A DNA stretch of 64,000 nucleotides from an uncultured virus (IMG/VR IMGVR_UViG_3300031133_000402) (Duplodnaviria; Heunggongvirae; Uroviricota; Caudoviricetes): IMG/VR virus record IMGVR_UViG_3300031133_000402; one strand, given 5' to 3'. The stretch's first letter is position 1. The number at the start of each line of letters is the position of its first letter. The translations under genes and the position numbers were made by a program. The notes beneath the pieces are model-generated. The model saw nothing but the letters and a program-made list of their open reading frames with translations, ran no database searches and was not told where the DNA came from. Shown here piece after piece: positions 28,817-37,017 of this stretch.

Positions 28817-30214
28817 TCAGGCCGCCAGAAGTCCGCGCTGCAACACAATGCAAGCGGCGTTGTGGTCCGCATCGAGATCGGCGCCGCAGGAGCAGACGTA
28901 TCTGCTTCCGCGTCTGGCGCCAGGCTCCCGTTCGCCGCAGAGCGAACAGTCGTTGGATGAGTTCATGGGATCCACGGACATGACTCTGCCACCGGCGCTT
29001 GCAGCCTTGTAGCGCATCATTCCGTAGAGGATGGATATTCCAGCATCGTTCATGGCGCGGTTGAGACCACGCTTCTGGGCGACGTTGACGCCGGGCTCGG
29101 TCACCGTGCCGGTGGCCGATCGTGTCATGTTCTTGAGCTTGAGAGCTTCGACGACATTCGTCTCGGCGGCGGTGACCACGTCCTTCGAGACCTTGTGGTG
29201 ATGCGTGCGCCGCCTGTTGGCGGTGGCGTTCCTGGCGCGTGAAAGCGCACGCTTGGCCTTGTTACGACCATGGCTTGCCCGCTTGCAGCGGGCAAGCGCA
29301 CGCGCCAAGCGACGCGTTTCCGGTGCGTCTGCTTTCAGGAACTTCGGATTCTCTACGAAGGTCCCGTCGTCGAACGTCAAGAGACGACGGACGCCAGCGT
29401 CCATACCGCGCACTGTACCAGGTTTGGCATGTGTAGTGGCTACATCGTTGCACTCGCATACGATGCTCGCCCACCAGAACCGTCCATCGTAGGTAAGACG
29501 TACCGTCTTTGCCATTCCCGGCAGATCCCGGTGCATGCGCATGCTCATAGCCCCGTGCCAGAGCAGGGGTGCTTTGAGTTTATCACCGTCAATACTTATG
29601 CCACTTCCAATAGGGCAACCGATCGACCGAACGCGGTCATAAGACTTAAAACGCGGAAAGCCGGGGGTCTTTCCAGCTTTCACGCGCTCGAAGAACGCAT
29701 CCATCGCATTGTGCACGATGTCGACGTGATCTCGAAGCACTTCCAGGGGAATCCGACCGATCCCATCGGGATCGTTCTGTCGGATCAGCGCAAGGCGACG
29801 GTAGTGATCGGCCTTCGATACTGGTCGACCGAAGGATTCGGCAGTCCTGGGTCGCCAGGGGATCGGGTTCAAACCCATCGGATCGGCCTTGGGATCGCCT
29901 GCGGCGATCCTCGGACGGAGCTTGGCGATGCGACGGGCCTCCGACTGCGCGTGACGCCGGCGCAGATCCGATTCCTGACGCACCTGCCAAGCCAGGAATT
30001 CGACGATCTCCTCCTGGCGAACCAAAATCCAGTCTGCCGCAATAGGTTTGTCTCGACCTTGCCGCGCCGCTACGCGGCGCGCTGCTGCATACGAATCCCT
30101 GAGTTCCTGAAGACACGCATTGCGCAATTGCATCAAATGCCAACGCACACCTCTCAAGCTCGCATACATCGCGGTGCTAAGCTTGAGTTTGTGACGTGCG
30201 GTGCGAACCTGCAT
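28817..30214 (-). CDS. tnpB: TnpB RNA-guided endonuclease (465 aa)
   Basis: GFPRFK; RuvC-I GMDAG; RuvC-II VVEALK; CSLC/CSC zinc finger; RuvC-III DADHNAA. Confidence 0.92.
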   Translation of the reverse strand: MQVRTARHKLKLSTAMYASLRGVRWHLMQLRNACLQELRDSYAAARRVAARQGRDKPIAADWILVRQEEIVEFLAWQVRQESDLRRRHAQSEARRIAKLRPRIAAGDPKADPMGLNPIPWRPRTAESFGRPVSKADHYRRLALIRQNDPDGIGRIPLEVLRDHVDIVHNAMDAFFERVKAGKTPGFPRFKSYDRVRSIGCPIGSGISIDGDKLKAPLLWHGAMSMRMHRDLPGMAKTVRLTYDGRFWWASIVCECNDVATTHAKPGTVRGMDAGVRRLLTFDDGTFVENPKFLKADAPETRRLARALARCKRASHGRNKAKRALSRARNATANRRRTHHHKVSKDVVTAAETNVVEALKLKNMTRSATGTVTEPGVNVAQKRGLNRAMNDAGISILYGMMRYKAASAGGRVMSVDPMNSSNDCSLCGEREPGARRGSRYVCSCGADLDADHNAACIVLQRGLLAA

Positions 30215-30221
30215 GGTTATA

Positions 30222-30250
30222 ATCATAGTATCGTGGTTTTGAAGCGTCAA
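30222..30250 (-). promoter_or_regulatory. sigma70 promoter TTGACG-N17-TATGAT, leaderless tnpB start
   Basis: -35 overlaps the left TIR; ATG is 7 nt after the -10; conserved in copy 2. Confidence 0.7.
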
Positions 30251-30275
30251 CCTGATAATCCGCAGAACCCTCTTT

Positions 30276-30491
30276 TCACGACCAGCCGTTGATCACGGCC
30301 ATCCACATTCCGAGCCCCACGGACGTCGCCATGCTCGTCAGGAACAGCACCGTGCTGATGGCTTCCGCCACCCTAGGATGCGTCTTTCCGTAGCGTGCCT
30401 TGGCGTGGCCCGCGAGCGTCACCAGACCCATCGCGACGGCCGCCATGCAGGCGAGTGCCGCCACGCTGATGGCGAAGGTGGCTATTGTCAT
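30276..30491 (-). CDS. small two-TM membrane protein
   Basis: Hydrophobic ORF; its stop codon overlaps the TSD. Confidence 0.6.
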   Translation of the reverse strand: MTIATFAISVAALACMAAVAMGLVTLAGHAKARYGKTHPRVAEAISTVLFLTSMATSVGLGMWMAVINGWS

Positions 30492-30545
30492 CCTGTGCTC
30501 TCCTGGTGTGCGGCATGCGGCCTGCTCGTGGTCGAACCTCCCGCT

Positions 30546-30728
30546 CTAGAGCAGGACCGAGTGTGGAAACGCCGACCTGACGATGTCGAAGTCCGCGCGG
30601 TCCTCGTCCGCGACGACGCATCCCTGGGGGCTGACGATCTTGCCGTTGCGGAACGAGGTGAAGCCTCTCGCCGACAGGCGCTCATGCGCCTCGTCCGCGG
30701 CTCTTTGTCCGAGGGTGCGTTCCTTCAT
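30546..30728 (-). CDS. small hypothetical protein
   Basis: AAGGA RBS, packed gene train. Confidence 0.45.
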   Translation of the reverse strand: MKERTLGQRAADEAHERLSARGFTSFRNGKIVSPQGCVVADEDRADFDIVRSAFPHSVLL

Positions 30729-30731
30729 GGC

Positions 30732-30941
30732 CTAGGTCCTTCCGGGTAGAGCGTCGTTGTGCTGCCGCACGATGCTCTCGGCGACCGCCTGTGCCGCCTC
30801 CGGCGACAACCAGCCGCCCGTGACCCGCACGGTCGCGTCGTGGATCGTGTCGAGGTTGCCCTCCGCTCCGACGCACCACACGCCGTCCAGTTTGCGAGCC
30901 GACCAGGGTTCCACGAGATCTTCGATATGCTTTCCGGCCAT
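30732..30941 (-). CDS. small hypothetical protein
   Basis: 69-aa ORF, GGAG RBS. Confidence 0.5.
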   Translation of the reverse strand: MAGKHIEDLVEPWSARKLDGVWCVGAEGNLDTIHDATVRVTGGWLSPEAAQAVAESIVRQHNDALPGRT

Positions 30942-30954
30942 CAGTCCGCTCCCG

Positions 30955-31281
30955 TCACTTCGCCTGCCGCGCCCGCATCGCCGCGCGCGCGGACACCATG
31001 CCCTGGATGAATTCGGACTTGGTGAGCGTCCCGTTTCCGTTCGCGTCCATGTCCCGCCATCCCTGCGGCTTCACCAGCACGCCGAGATTGCGGCTGGCGC
31101 CGTAGGCGCTGAGCTCGGTCTTCGTCATCCTGCCGTTCCGGTCCGCGTCGACCCGGTCGAAGATGATGGAGAGCTCCTTGACGTCGAGCTCGGTCGGCAC
31201 CGGCACTGGCGCTGGCGCTGTCTGCCCCGATGCCACGGTGCCGGTCGTGAGCGCGATGGCGGCGATCAGGAAGTGTCGCAT
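30955..31281 (-). CDS. secreted EF-hand protein
   Basis: Signal peptide MRHFLIAAIALTTGTVASG; DADRNGRMTKTE and DANGNGTLTKSE EF-hand loops. Confidence 0.8.
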   Translation of the reverse strand: MRHFLIAAIALTTGTVASGQTAPAPVPVPTELDVKELSIIFDRVDADRNGRMTKTELSAYGASRNLGVLVKPQGWRDMDANGNGTLTKSEFIQGMVSARAAMRARQAK

Positions 31282-31384
31282 GGTTTTCAATACCCCTCGG
31301 TGGTCTGGATGGTGACGGTTTCGATCGCCGATGTCCACTCCGGCGCGACGCCCGAGCAGCCTGCCTGGTGGATCTCGGCGAACA

Positions 31385-31729
31385 TCACTGTCCGAATTCC
31401 CTCTTCAGCGTCTCGTACTGGCGCCGTCGCGCGGCGGTCGCCTCGTCCTCTTCGTCTTCCTCTTCGTCCTTTTCGTCGCTCATGAGCGCGAAGACGTCCT
31501 CCTGGCTCATCACGGTGGCGACCGTGACGATCAGGACGTGCTTGATGCCGCCGTCGGCGTCGGGATAGCCGTAGTCCTCCTGGAGCAGCTTGGCGACTTC
31601 CTTGGCGGCGTCCTCGGGCGTGGTCGCCGCGAGTGGAATCGTCTTCTCGGCGCAGCCGATGGTGTAGTCGCAACCCTCCGCCGCCTCCTTGACCACGGCC
31701 GCGTACTGTCCTGGCTTGAATGTCTTCAC
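31385..31729 (-). CDS. hypothetical protein (phage-like, acidic tail)
   Basis: EGCDYTIGC motif, ends RRRQYETLKREFG. Confidence 0.6.
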   Translation of the reverse strand: MKTFKPGQYAAVVKEAAEGCDYTIGCAEKTIPLAATTPEDAAKEVAKLLQEDYGYPDADGGIKHVLIVTVATVMSQEDVFALMSDEKDEEEDEEDEATAARRRQYETLKREFGQ

Positions 31730-31792
31730 GTCTCGGCTTCCTCGATGATTCGTACTTGCGTTGTGGATCCCGTCATTCGCGCGGCGGGAGTG

Positions 31793-31954
31793 CTAGACCC
31801 TCTCGGGTCGCCGACCCTTCATGTAGCGCTTGTACGGCTCGTAGCCGGAGACGAAGTGCGCACCGGCGCCGAGATGCTTCAGAAGTCGGGAGCCGAGGAT
31901 GCGACCGTTGCGCTTGGCGCGGCGGCATCCGCTGCAGGTGCATGGTTTGAACAT
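31793..31954 (-). CDS. small Cys/Arg-rich protein
   Basis: MFKPCTCSGCRR with GGAGG RBS. Confidence 0.45.
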   Translation of the reverse strand: MFKPCTCSGCRRAKRNGRILGSRLLKHLGAGAHFVSGYEPYKRYMKGRRPERV

Positions 31955-32005
31955 CTCTTTTCCCTCCTGTTGCGGTCTCGTCCGCCATTCCGTCACCCGG
32001 AACGA

Positions 32006-32341
32006 TCACGCGTAGCGACAGGTCCCGAGTCCACCGGGCAGCGCCCTCTGCTGCGCCACCAGCGTCTTGACGACCTCGTTCTCCTCGTCCGTCACGCGTC
32101 CGTCTGCGATGTACTCGTCGAGGCGGCCGGCGATCGCGGGACATCCCTTCTTGTACGAATTCACGTCGTTCACACGGACCCTGGTCTCGAAGTGGTTCTC
32201 GAATTCCACCAGTTGCCGCTCGTTCCATGCGATCATCTGCCACATCGCGATGGGGATGAGCACGATCGCCATGATCATGGCGAGCAACTGCGTCCCGTTT
32301 AGATGGACGCGTCCATCATGGTCGTTCGTCACCGTCTTCAT
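32006..32341 (-). CDS. membrane protein, family E (TM + DG.VT..E motif)
   Basis: CPAIAGRLDEYIADGRVTDEE...LPGGLGTC; paralogous to 45604-46023. Confidence 0.65.
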   Translation of the reverse strand: MKTVTNDHDGRVHLNGTQLLAMIMAIVLIPIAMWQMIAWNERQLVEFENHFETRVRVNDVNSYKKGCPAIAGRLDEYIADGRVTDEENEVVKTLVAQQRALPGGLGTCRYA

Positions 32342-32673
32342 GAGTTTCCCTCCATTGCCGGAATGATTTCGCGGTATTCGTCGGGGCCCGCGTGGGTGCA
32401 GATCCGTTTCATGCGGTCGTAGACATCCTGCGGCACGCGTTCGATCTTGTCCCTGGACAGCACGCGGCGGTAGTGGTCGGCGGCGCCGGTGCCGAGCACC
32501 GCGACCCACTTCATACCCTCGTCGAGATTGCGTTGCGGATCGCCGCGAAACCCACGGGTGTGATCGCGCGCCATGTGCTCGCGCCAGTCGGGCCGGTCGA
32601 GACGCGACACCATCCGGTGCCGGTTCGAAGTGCATCGGTAGCCGGAATCGATGAGGCGGGTCGCTTCGTCCAT
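32338..32673 (-). CDS. hypothetical protein
   Basis: Start MDEATRL with AAGGA RBS. Confidence 0.55.
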   Translation of the reverse strand: MDEATRLIDSGYRCTSNRHRMVSRLDRPDWREHMARDHTRGFRGDPQRNLDEGMKWVAVLGTGAADHYRRVLSRDKIERVPQDVYDRMKRICTHAGPDEYREIIPAMEGNS

Positions 32674-32708
32674 CGTGGTCGTCCTTTTCGTTGCGGACTC
32701 GTCCGCGA

Positions 32709-33905
32709 TCAGAGGCATTGCCCTTTCGGCCGTTCGAACATCCTGCAGTTCCAGCGGAACCGCTCGAAGTCGTGCTCGCGGTCGCGCAGGTAGCTGAACG
32801 CCATCGCGTCGAACTGCTCGGGTGTGATCTGGGTCGAGGCGTCCTTCGGCACGCTTTTGGGATCTGTCCAGACGATGAACTTGCAGCTGGTACGCTTGCC
32901 GCACGAACGCTGCGCCTGATCCTGGAAGCTCGCCAAGTCCTTCGCCTTCAGGACGACGAGGAATACGTCCTTGTCGTCCGCCATGGGCTGGTGCACCGTC
33001 GCGTTAGTCTTGTCGCCGGCGGCGTCCGCGAGAGGTGGCGTCGTGGCGGCGGTTTCGACGCCCGGGATGTCGATCGGGTTCGCCGGATCGACGATCGCGT
33101 CCGGCATCCGATGCGCGGTGAAGCGATCGGCCAGTTTGGCGACGTACGGCTCCTTGCCCGCGTACTGGTATCGGAACGCCGTCGGCGTGCCCCACCATCC
33201 GGTCCAACGGAAGAACAGGTGGGTATGCACGGCCGTGATCTTGTCCAGGCTCGAGCTCCAGTAGGGCACGACCCAGTCGGTATGGTAGTGTGTCGCGTAC
33301 CCGACGGGTTTGTACACCTTGCCCGAGAGCGCGGCGTCGGCGTTCACCCTGGCGTCCCGCCACGAGGTCTCGGGATAGGTGCGCGCGAGGGCGCCGTCGC
33401 ATGCGAAGGTGAACTGGCAGCCGGTGTGGCGTTCCGACCCTTGGAACACGACGCCGCAGACGGTCTTGGGGAACGCCGGATGACGCACCCGGTTGAGAAC
33501 GACCTGCGCCACGGCACGCTGCCCGACGGGGTCGTTGCCGGCCTCGTAGAGCACGACCGCCGCCAGGCAGTCGAGTGCTCGCTGCCGATCCTCGCCCTTG
33601 GCCGGCGCCCTGAACGGACGCGCCGCCGGATTGGGGGCGGCGCTGAAGGGGATGGTCGCATTGAACGACCTGGCGTCCACTGGCGCCAGATCGCGGTACT
33701 TCACGGGTTCCACCGCTGGCACCACGGTCGGAGGCACGACCTTCGCCCCCGTGGACCGTGCCGTCCGTTCTTGTCCAAGGACGTCATCCGTGGTTCTTCC
33801 GGTGGCGACCGCCGTCATGATGCCGATGATCGTCAGGACCATGATGCCTGCAAGGATGATGGTCGTGCGCCACGACGGCCTGATGGTTCTCGGGGTCGCC
33901 GTCAT
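32709..33905 (-). CDS. cell wall hydrolase, SleB/Hydrolase_2 family
   Basis: CLAAVVLYEAG...AVAQVVLNRVRHPAFPKTVCGVVFQG...CQFTF...ATHYHTDWVVPYW; N-terminal TM. Confidence 0.92.
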   Translation of the reverse strand: MTATPRTIRPSWRTTIILAGIMVLTIIGIMTAVATGRTTDDVLGQERTARSTGAKVVPPTVVPAVEPVKYRDLAPVDARSFNATIPFSAAPNPAARPFRAPAKGEDRQRALDCLAAVVLYEAGNDPVGQRAVAQVVLNRVRHPAFPKTVCGVVFQGSERHTGCQFTFACDGALARTYPETSWRDARVNADAALSGKVYKPVGYATHYHTDWVVPYWSSSLDKITAVHTHLFFRWTGWWGTPTAFRYQYAGKEPYVAKLADRFTAHRMPDAIVDPANPIDIPGVETAATTPPLADAAGDKTNATVHQPMADDKDVFLVVLKAKDLASFQDQAQRSCGKRTSCKFIVWTDPKSVPKDASTQITPEQFDAMAFSYLRDREHDFERFRWNCRMFERPKGQCL

Positions 33906-34219
33906 CTCTCGGGCTCCGCGTCGATCACGCACAGCCATCCCTCGATGTCGATGTCCTCGTGCACGTCGCCCGTCGAGACGCGCATGACGGTTCCGTCCTG
34001 CGGTACGATCACGTCGCCGATCCAGCGGTGGTGTCCTTGCGGACGGTTGCAGTCGAGCGCGACCTTCGACCGTGTCGAAACTGCTCCGGTCGTCTCGGGA
34101 CGCGCGGGAACCTCGGCCTTGGCCGATGTCGCGTCAGTCGCCATGTTGTAGCCGACGACGCCCGCGAAGGGGGCGAGAAGCAGGGCGAGTGCGATCTGCG
34201 AGCCGTGGCGTCTGGTCAT
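33902..34219 (-). CDS. secreted/membrane-anchored hypothetical protein
   Basis: N-terminal hydrophobic segment; ATGA overlap with the hydrolase. Confidence 0.55.
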   Translation of the reverse strand: MTRRHGSQIALALLLAPFAGVVGYNMATDATSAKAEVPARPETTGAVSTRSKVALDCNRPQGHHRWIGDVIVPQDGTVMRVSTGDVHEDIDIEGWLCVIDAEPER

Positions 34220-34413
34220 GCGGAGTCTCCGGTGCTTCGATGCGACCGAGCGCCCTCATGTGTGGGCATTGCGGCGTGATCGTTGTGATTGTGGCAATGA
34301 GAGGCAATCGTCGGATGCGGGTCTTCGTCCCGCCTCGCGATGACGTTTTCCTCTTCGTCCATGTCTTCGCGAATCTCTATTCACCTGTCGGGCCGCGACG
34401 CGGTCAGATGCCG

Positions 34414-34444
34414 AAAGGCCCGCCTCCGTCAGGGGCGGGCCTTT
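34414..34444. terminator. intrinsic terminator-like hairpin
   Basis: AAAGGCCCGCC...GGCGGGCCTTT just 3' of the 34475-35755 gene. Confidence 0.65.
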
Positions 34445-34474
34445 GCATCGTCCATCATGCGGAGGCTCATCGAA

Positions 34475-35755
34475 TCACGGCGCGCAGAGATACTCGTTGA
34501 GCGCAGGACCGTCGGTGAGCTTGCATCCCGATTCCTCGGGTGTCGAATCGATGTAGTAGTTCGCGGGCAGACCGGAGGTGGCGCTCGTGCCTTTGATTCC
34601 GCGTACCAGCGTGAAGTTCTGCAGCCCCTCGCTTGCGTTCGGTACGAGCGTCATCGTCGCGGACGTTCCTCCCCCCGCGGCGGTGGCCAGGGCCTGCCCG
34701 GCGAACGGGAAGGTCGACGTCGCCGACAGCACGATCTCGAACGTGATCTTGCCCGTCGCCTTCACCTTGTACTGCTTGGAGACTTCGCACCTGGACGGGA
34801 AGTTCATGTTCGTCGTCCAGGTGGCGAGTACCGGGTTGGCGTCGTAGTAGCCGGCTATCCTCGACACGCAGTAGTCGTACGCCCTGTCGGAGATCTCCCC
34901 TTGCGTCAGCGGCGCGTCGACGACGAAGGTCTCCCGCGATATGATGCTGGCGTTTGTCTGCGTCTTCGAATCCGTGCTCGTTGCGGACCAGTCGGTGATT
35001 CCCCGCTTCTTCCAATTCGTCATGTCCAGCGTCGGGGTCACCTTGAGATCCGGCGTGGTTCCGGCGTTTGGCTTGGCCCCGAGGATTCTCGCGTCGCACT
35101 GGCTGTCGCTGCTGGCCGTGTCGCTGTTCTTGTAGCTGCAGATGTAGGAGTAGGCGTTCCTGATCGTCCATGGTCCGTTGACGCTGGCTCCCTTGATCCC
35201 GAACGGGTTCATGTTCCAGGTCTTCTTCCACTGGTAGTCGCACGCCGTCGTGACGCCCGTCGTCTCGCTCGTGTCGGGCTTCGTTGTCTTGCAGTACTGG
35301 CTTTCGTTCACGTCAACGATGTAGCCGTCGAAGTCGCGCTTGCACTGCACGGACCGCGTGTGCGACGCGGATGCCGAACAAGTGCTCGACCAGGCGCCGT
35401 ACTCGCCCGTGATCCAGCTGTACGTGCATGTCGCGTAGCTCGTCGTCGGATTGCTCTGCGGCGGCTTCGCGCCGATGGCGGCGATGCACTGCCCGTCGTC
35501 CACGACCGCGTTCGCGGCGTTCCGGCACGTCGCGATGCTCGTCTGCACCGTGGTGCCGCATCCCGGTGTCACCACCCACGGGGTGGTGTCCCAGTGCAGA
35601 CCGGTTTTGCCGGTCCCGGGTTCCGGCGTCACTGGTGGCGGAAGCCGCGGGTTGGGCGATGCGATGGTGCGTCTCATGACGACGACGTCTTGCGCGTGCA
35701 CGGTTGCGCCCAGGCCGACGAATGCGCTGGTCGCGAGCAGGATGAAGTGTTTCAT
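34475..35755 (-). CDS. secreted Cys-rich protein with thrombospondin type-1-like repeats
   Basis: Signal peptide; WITGEYGAWSSTCSASASHTRSVQC and WDTTPW...CGTTVQTSIATC...VDDGQC. Confidence 0.7.
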   Translation of the reverse strand: MKHFILLATSAFVGLGATVHAQDVVVMRRTIASPNPRLPPPVTPEPGTGKTGLHWDTTPWVVTPGCGTTVQTSIATCRNAANAVVDDGQCIAAIGAKPPQSNPTTSYATCTYSWITGEYGAWSSTCSASASHTRSVQCKRDFDGYIVDVNESQYCKTTKPDTSETTGVTTACDYQWKKTWNMNPFGIKGASVNGPWTIRNAYSYICSYKNSDTASSDSQCDARILGAKPNAGTTPDLKVTPTLDMTNWKKRGITDWSATSTDSKTQTNASIISRETFVVDAPLTQGEISDRAYDYCVSRIAGYYDANPVLATWTTNMNFPSRCEVSKQYKVKATGKITFEIVLSATSTFPFAGQALATAAGGGTSATMTLVPNASEGLQNFTLVRGIKGTSATSGLPANYYIDSTPEESGCKLTDGPALNEYLCAP

Positions 35756-36106
35756 GCCGTCAGGCTACCACGCCCTGCTCTTGGCGGTCCATCCTGAAAA
35801 TCCCATGACGGTCGTCTTCGGAATCCCAGTTTACCGCCCCATGACGTTTTCCGCATCGCCCCTGATGATCATTTGCGATCCGCTCCAGATCGGCCAGGTT
35901 TCCTTCAGGACGATCGTCACCCGCTTGTCGGCGACATCGCCGCCTTGTGATCTCGTCGTGTCGGGCTGTCCGTACGCCGGCTGGCCGTGCGCGTCGGATT
36001 TGGTCTGGTTGTCCGTGGTTGCCCGTTTCGACGTCACGTCATCATCTCCGATTGGTCCCATGGACCGATAGGCCAGATAGCGACGGACTTCGCAAGCGTC
36101 ATCGGG

Positions 36107-36676
36107 TCAGTCGGCCATCTCCAGTCGGCCTTTCGGCGGCCCATCCAATTCGAGGAGGTCCTCTTCGAGGAACATGGCCATGAAGTCCGCGACCTCGTCG
36201 AGCGGCTGTTCGTCGGGCATTTCGCCTTCGACGTAGAAGAGCAGCATCGCCTCGGCCACGCCGTCCGGTATGGTCGTCCAGTGCGGATCGTACGGATCGA
36301 TGTCGTAGAAGTCGCCGGCCCGGAGCGGCAGCCCCTCGGGAACGCCGGCGTCGTCGAGCCTCTGCGAATGCAGGCGGTGACCATCCGACCGGATCACGAG
36401 GCCGTAGACGTGCATGCCGGGCTCCGCGCCCTCCAGGTCCTGATGCCTCTCGACTGCGCGTTGGCAGACGTACAGACCATGGAGATCAGTCTTCGCGGTA
36501 TCCACTTCGGGTTTGGTGTGCCGTGCCAGACCTTCCTCTCCCAGACGCTGGGCTATCCGCAACGTCTCGGGGCTCGGCCTCCATGCCGACGACAACACGC
36601 GGGGAAGGAAGCCTTGGCCGTCTGTCGTTGCGCTTCCGGGCTGGTTGTCTTTGGAATCCATGCGCTCATTGCTCAT
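36107..36676 (-). CDS. hypothetical protein, possible cupin/double-stranded beta-helix
   Basis: VERHQD...LRAGDFYDIDPYDPHW pattern. Confidence 0.5.
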   Translation of the reverse strand: MSNERMDSKDNQPGSATTDGQGFLPRVLSSAWRPSPETLRIAQRLGEEGLARHTKPEVDTAKTDLHGLYVCQRAVERHQDLEGAEPGMHVYGLVIRSDGHRLHSQRLDDAGVPEGLPLRAGDFYDIDPYDPHWTTIPDGVAEAMLLFYVEGEMPDEQPLDEVADFMAMFLEEDLLELDGPPKGRLEMAD

Positions 36677-36996
36677 GATCGTCGCACCGTCACTTCGATG
36701 GTCACGACGTCGGCTCTTGCGGCCCTGCGGGCTGCGCGTAGCCGAGCAGCCTCCATGTTGCGCCTCATGCCGGGATCCCGGCCCATCAGCACGAATCCCA
36801 CGAGCATGACGACTGCCACGCCGCCCGCTCCCCACAGCTCCGTGGACGTGGGCCACCCGGCAAGATCCCTGGTCATCATGTACATGCCGTACGCGATGGT
36901 CGCCAGACCGACCGGCATGTACATGAACACCATGTATGCGTCCGCCAGACCCATGCGACCTTCCCGATCGCACGCCCTCTCTTCCTTGCGTGTCAT
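36673..36996 (-). CDS. membrane protein
   Basis: Two TM helices. Confidence 0.6.
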   Translation of the reverse strand: MTRKEERACDREGRMGLADAYMVFMYMPVGLATIAYGMYMMTRDLAGWPTSTELWGAGGVAVVMLVGFVLMGRDPGMRRNMEAARLRAARRAARADVVTIEVTVRRS

Positions 36997-37017
36997 GTCG
37001 TGCTCTCCTCGTTGGCG

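Larger units (their letters stand above)
28638..30269 (-). mobile_element. 1632-bp tnpB element copy 1 with TIRs and 8-bp TSD (CTCTTTTC at 28630-28637 and 30270-30277)
   Basis: Ends GGTTCTCCGGATTATCGGGTTGA / TCAACCTGATAATCCGCAGAACC; identical 8-mer on both flanks. Confidence 0.9.

Noticed and set aside
28817..30214. TnpB as Cas12f or a nuclease-dead TldR-type regulator
   Set aside because: No CRISPR array nearby, all three RuvC acidic residues are present, and the gene lies within a bounded mobile element
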